Positions 1-904 of a stretch of DNA of 904 nt are shown here, one piece after another. The position numbers and the translations under genes were made by a program. Source of the stretch: Escherichia coli. GTDB taxonomy: Bacteria > Pseudomonadota > Gammaproteobacteria > Enterobacterales > Enterobacteriaceae. The notes beneath the pieces are model-generated. The model saw only the letters and a program-made list of their open reading frames with translations, was not told where the DNA came from and made no database searches. The DNA lies in NCBI RefSeq assembly GCF_003334335.1, contig NZ_QOWQ01000140.1; one strand, 5' to 3'. Position 1 is the stretch's first letter, and each line of letters begins with the position of its first letter.

Positions 1-904
<904 letters not shown>

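Overview
This window is almost entirely the right-hand (3') portion of an IS3-family insertion sequence, most similar to IS911-type elements, with the transposase encoded on the minus strand. The OrfB reading frame is open from the window edge at 904 down to a TGA stop at 11..9 (298 codons, no internal stops) and carries an intact DD(35)E catalytic triad (D at 498..500, D at 318..320, E at 210..212, K seven residues after the E). The last nine codons of the upstream regulatory gene orfA (…MSDSLNGSR, stop at 877..875) are visible in the frame from which OrfB sits at -1, the arrangement used for programmed -1 frameshifting in this family; the slippery site itself must lie just beyond 904. The first ~28 bp look like the element's terminal inverted repeat (TGTAGTGG…TGGCCAC), so the window appears to begin at the IS tip and contains no flanking host DNA. 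I see no evidence of cargo genes or any novel system; the remaining ORFs in the track are antisense or out-of-frame overlaps of the transposase and are most likely spurious. Named-element comparisons are made from memory, not from a search.
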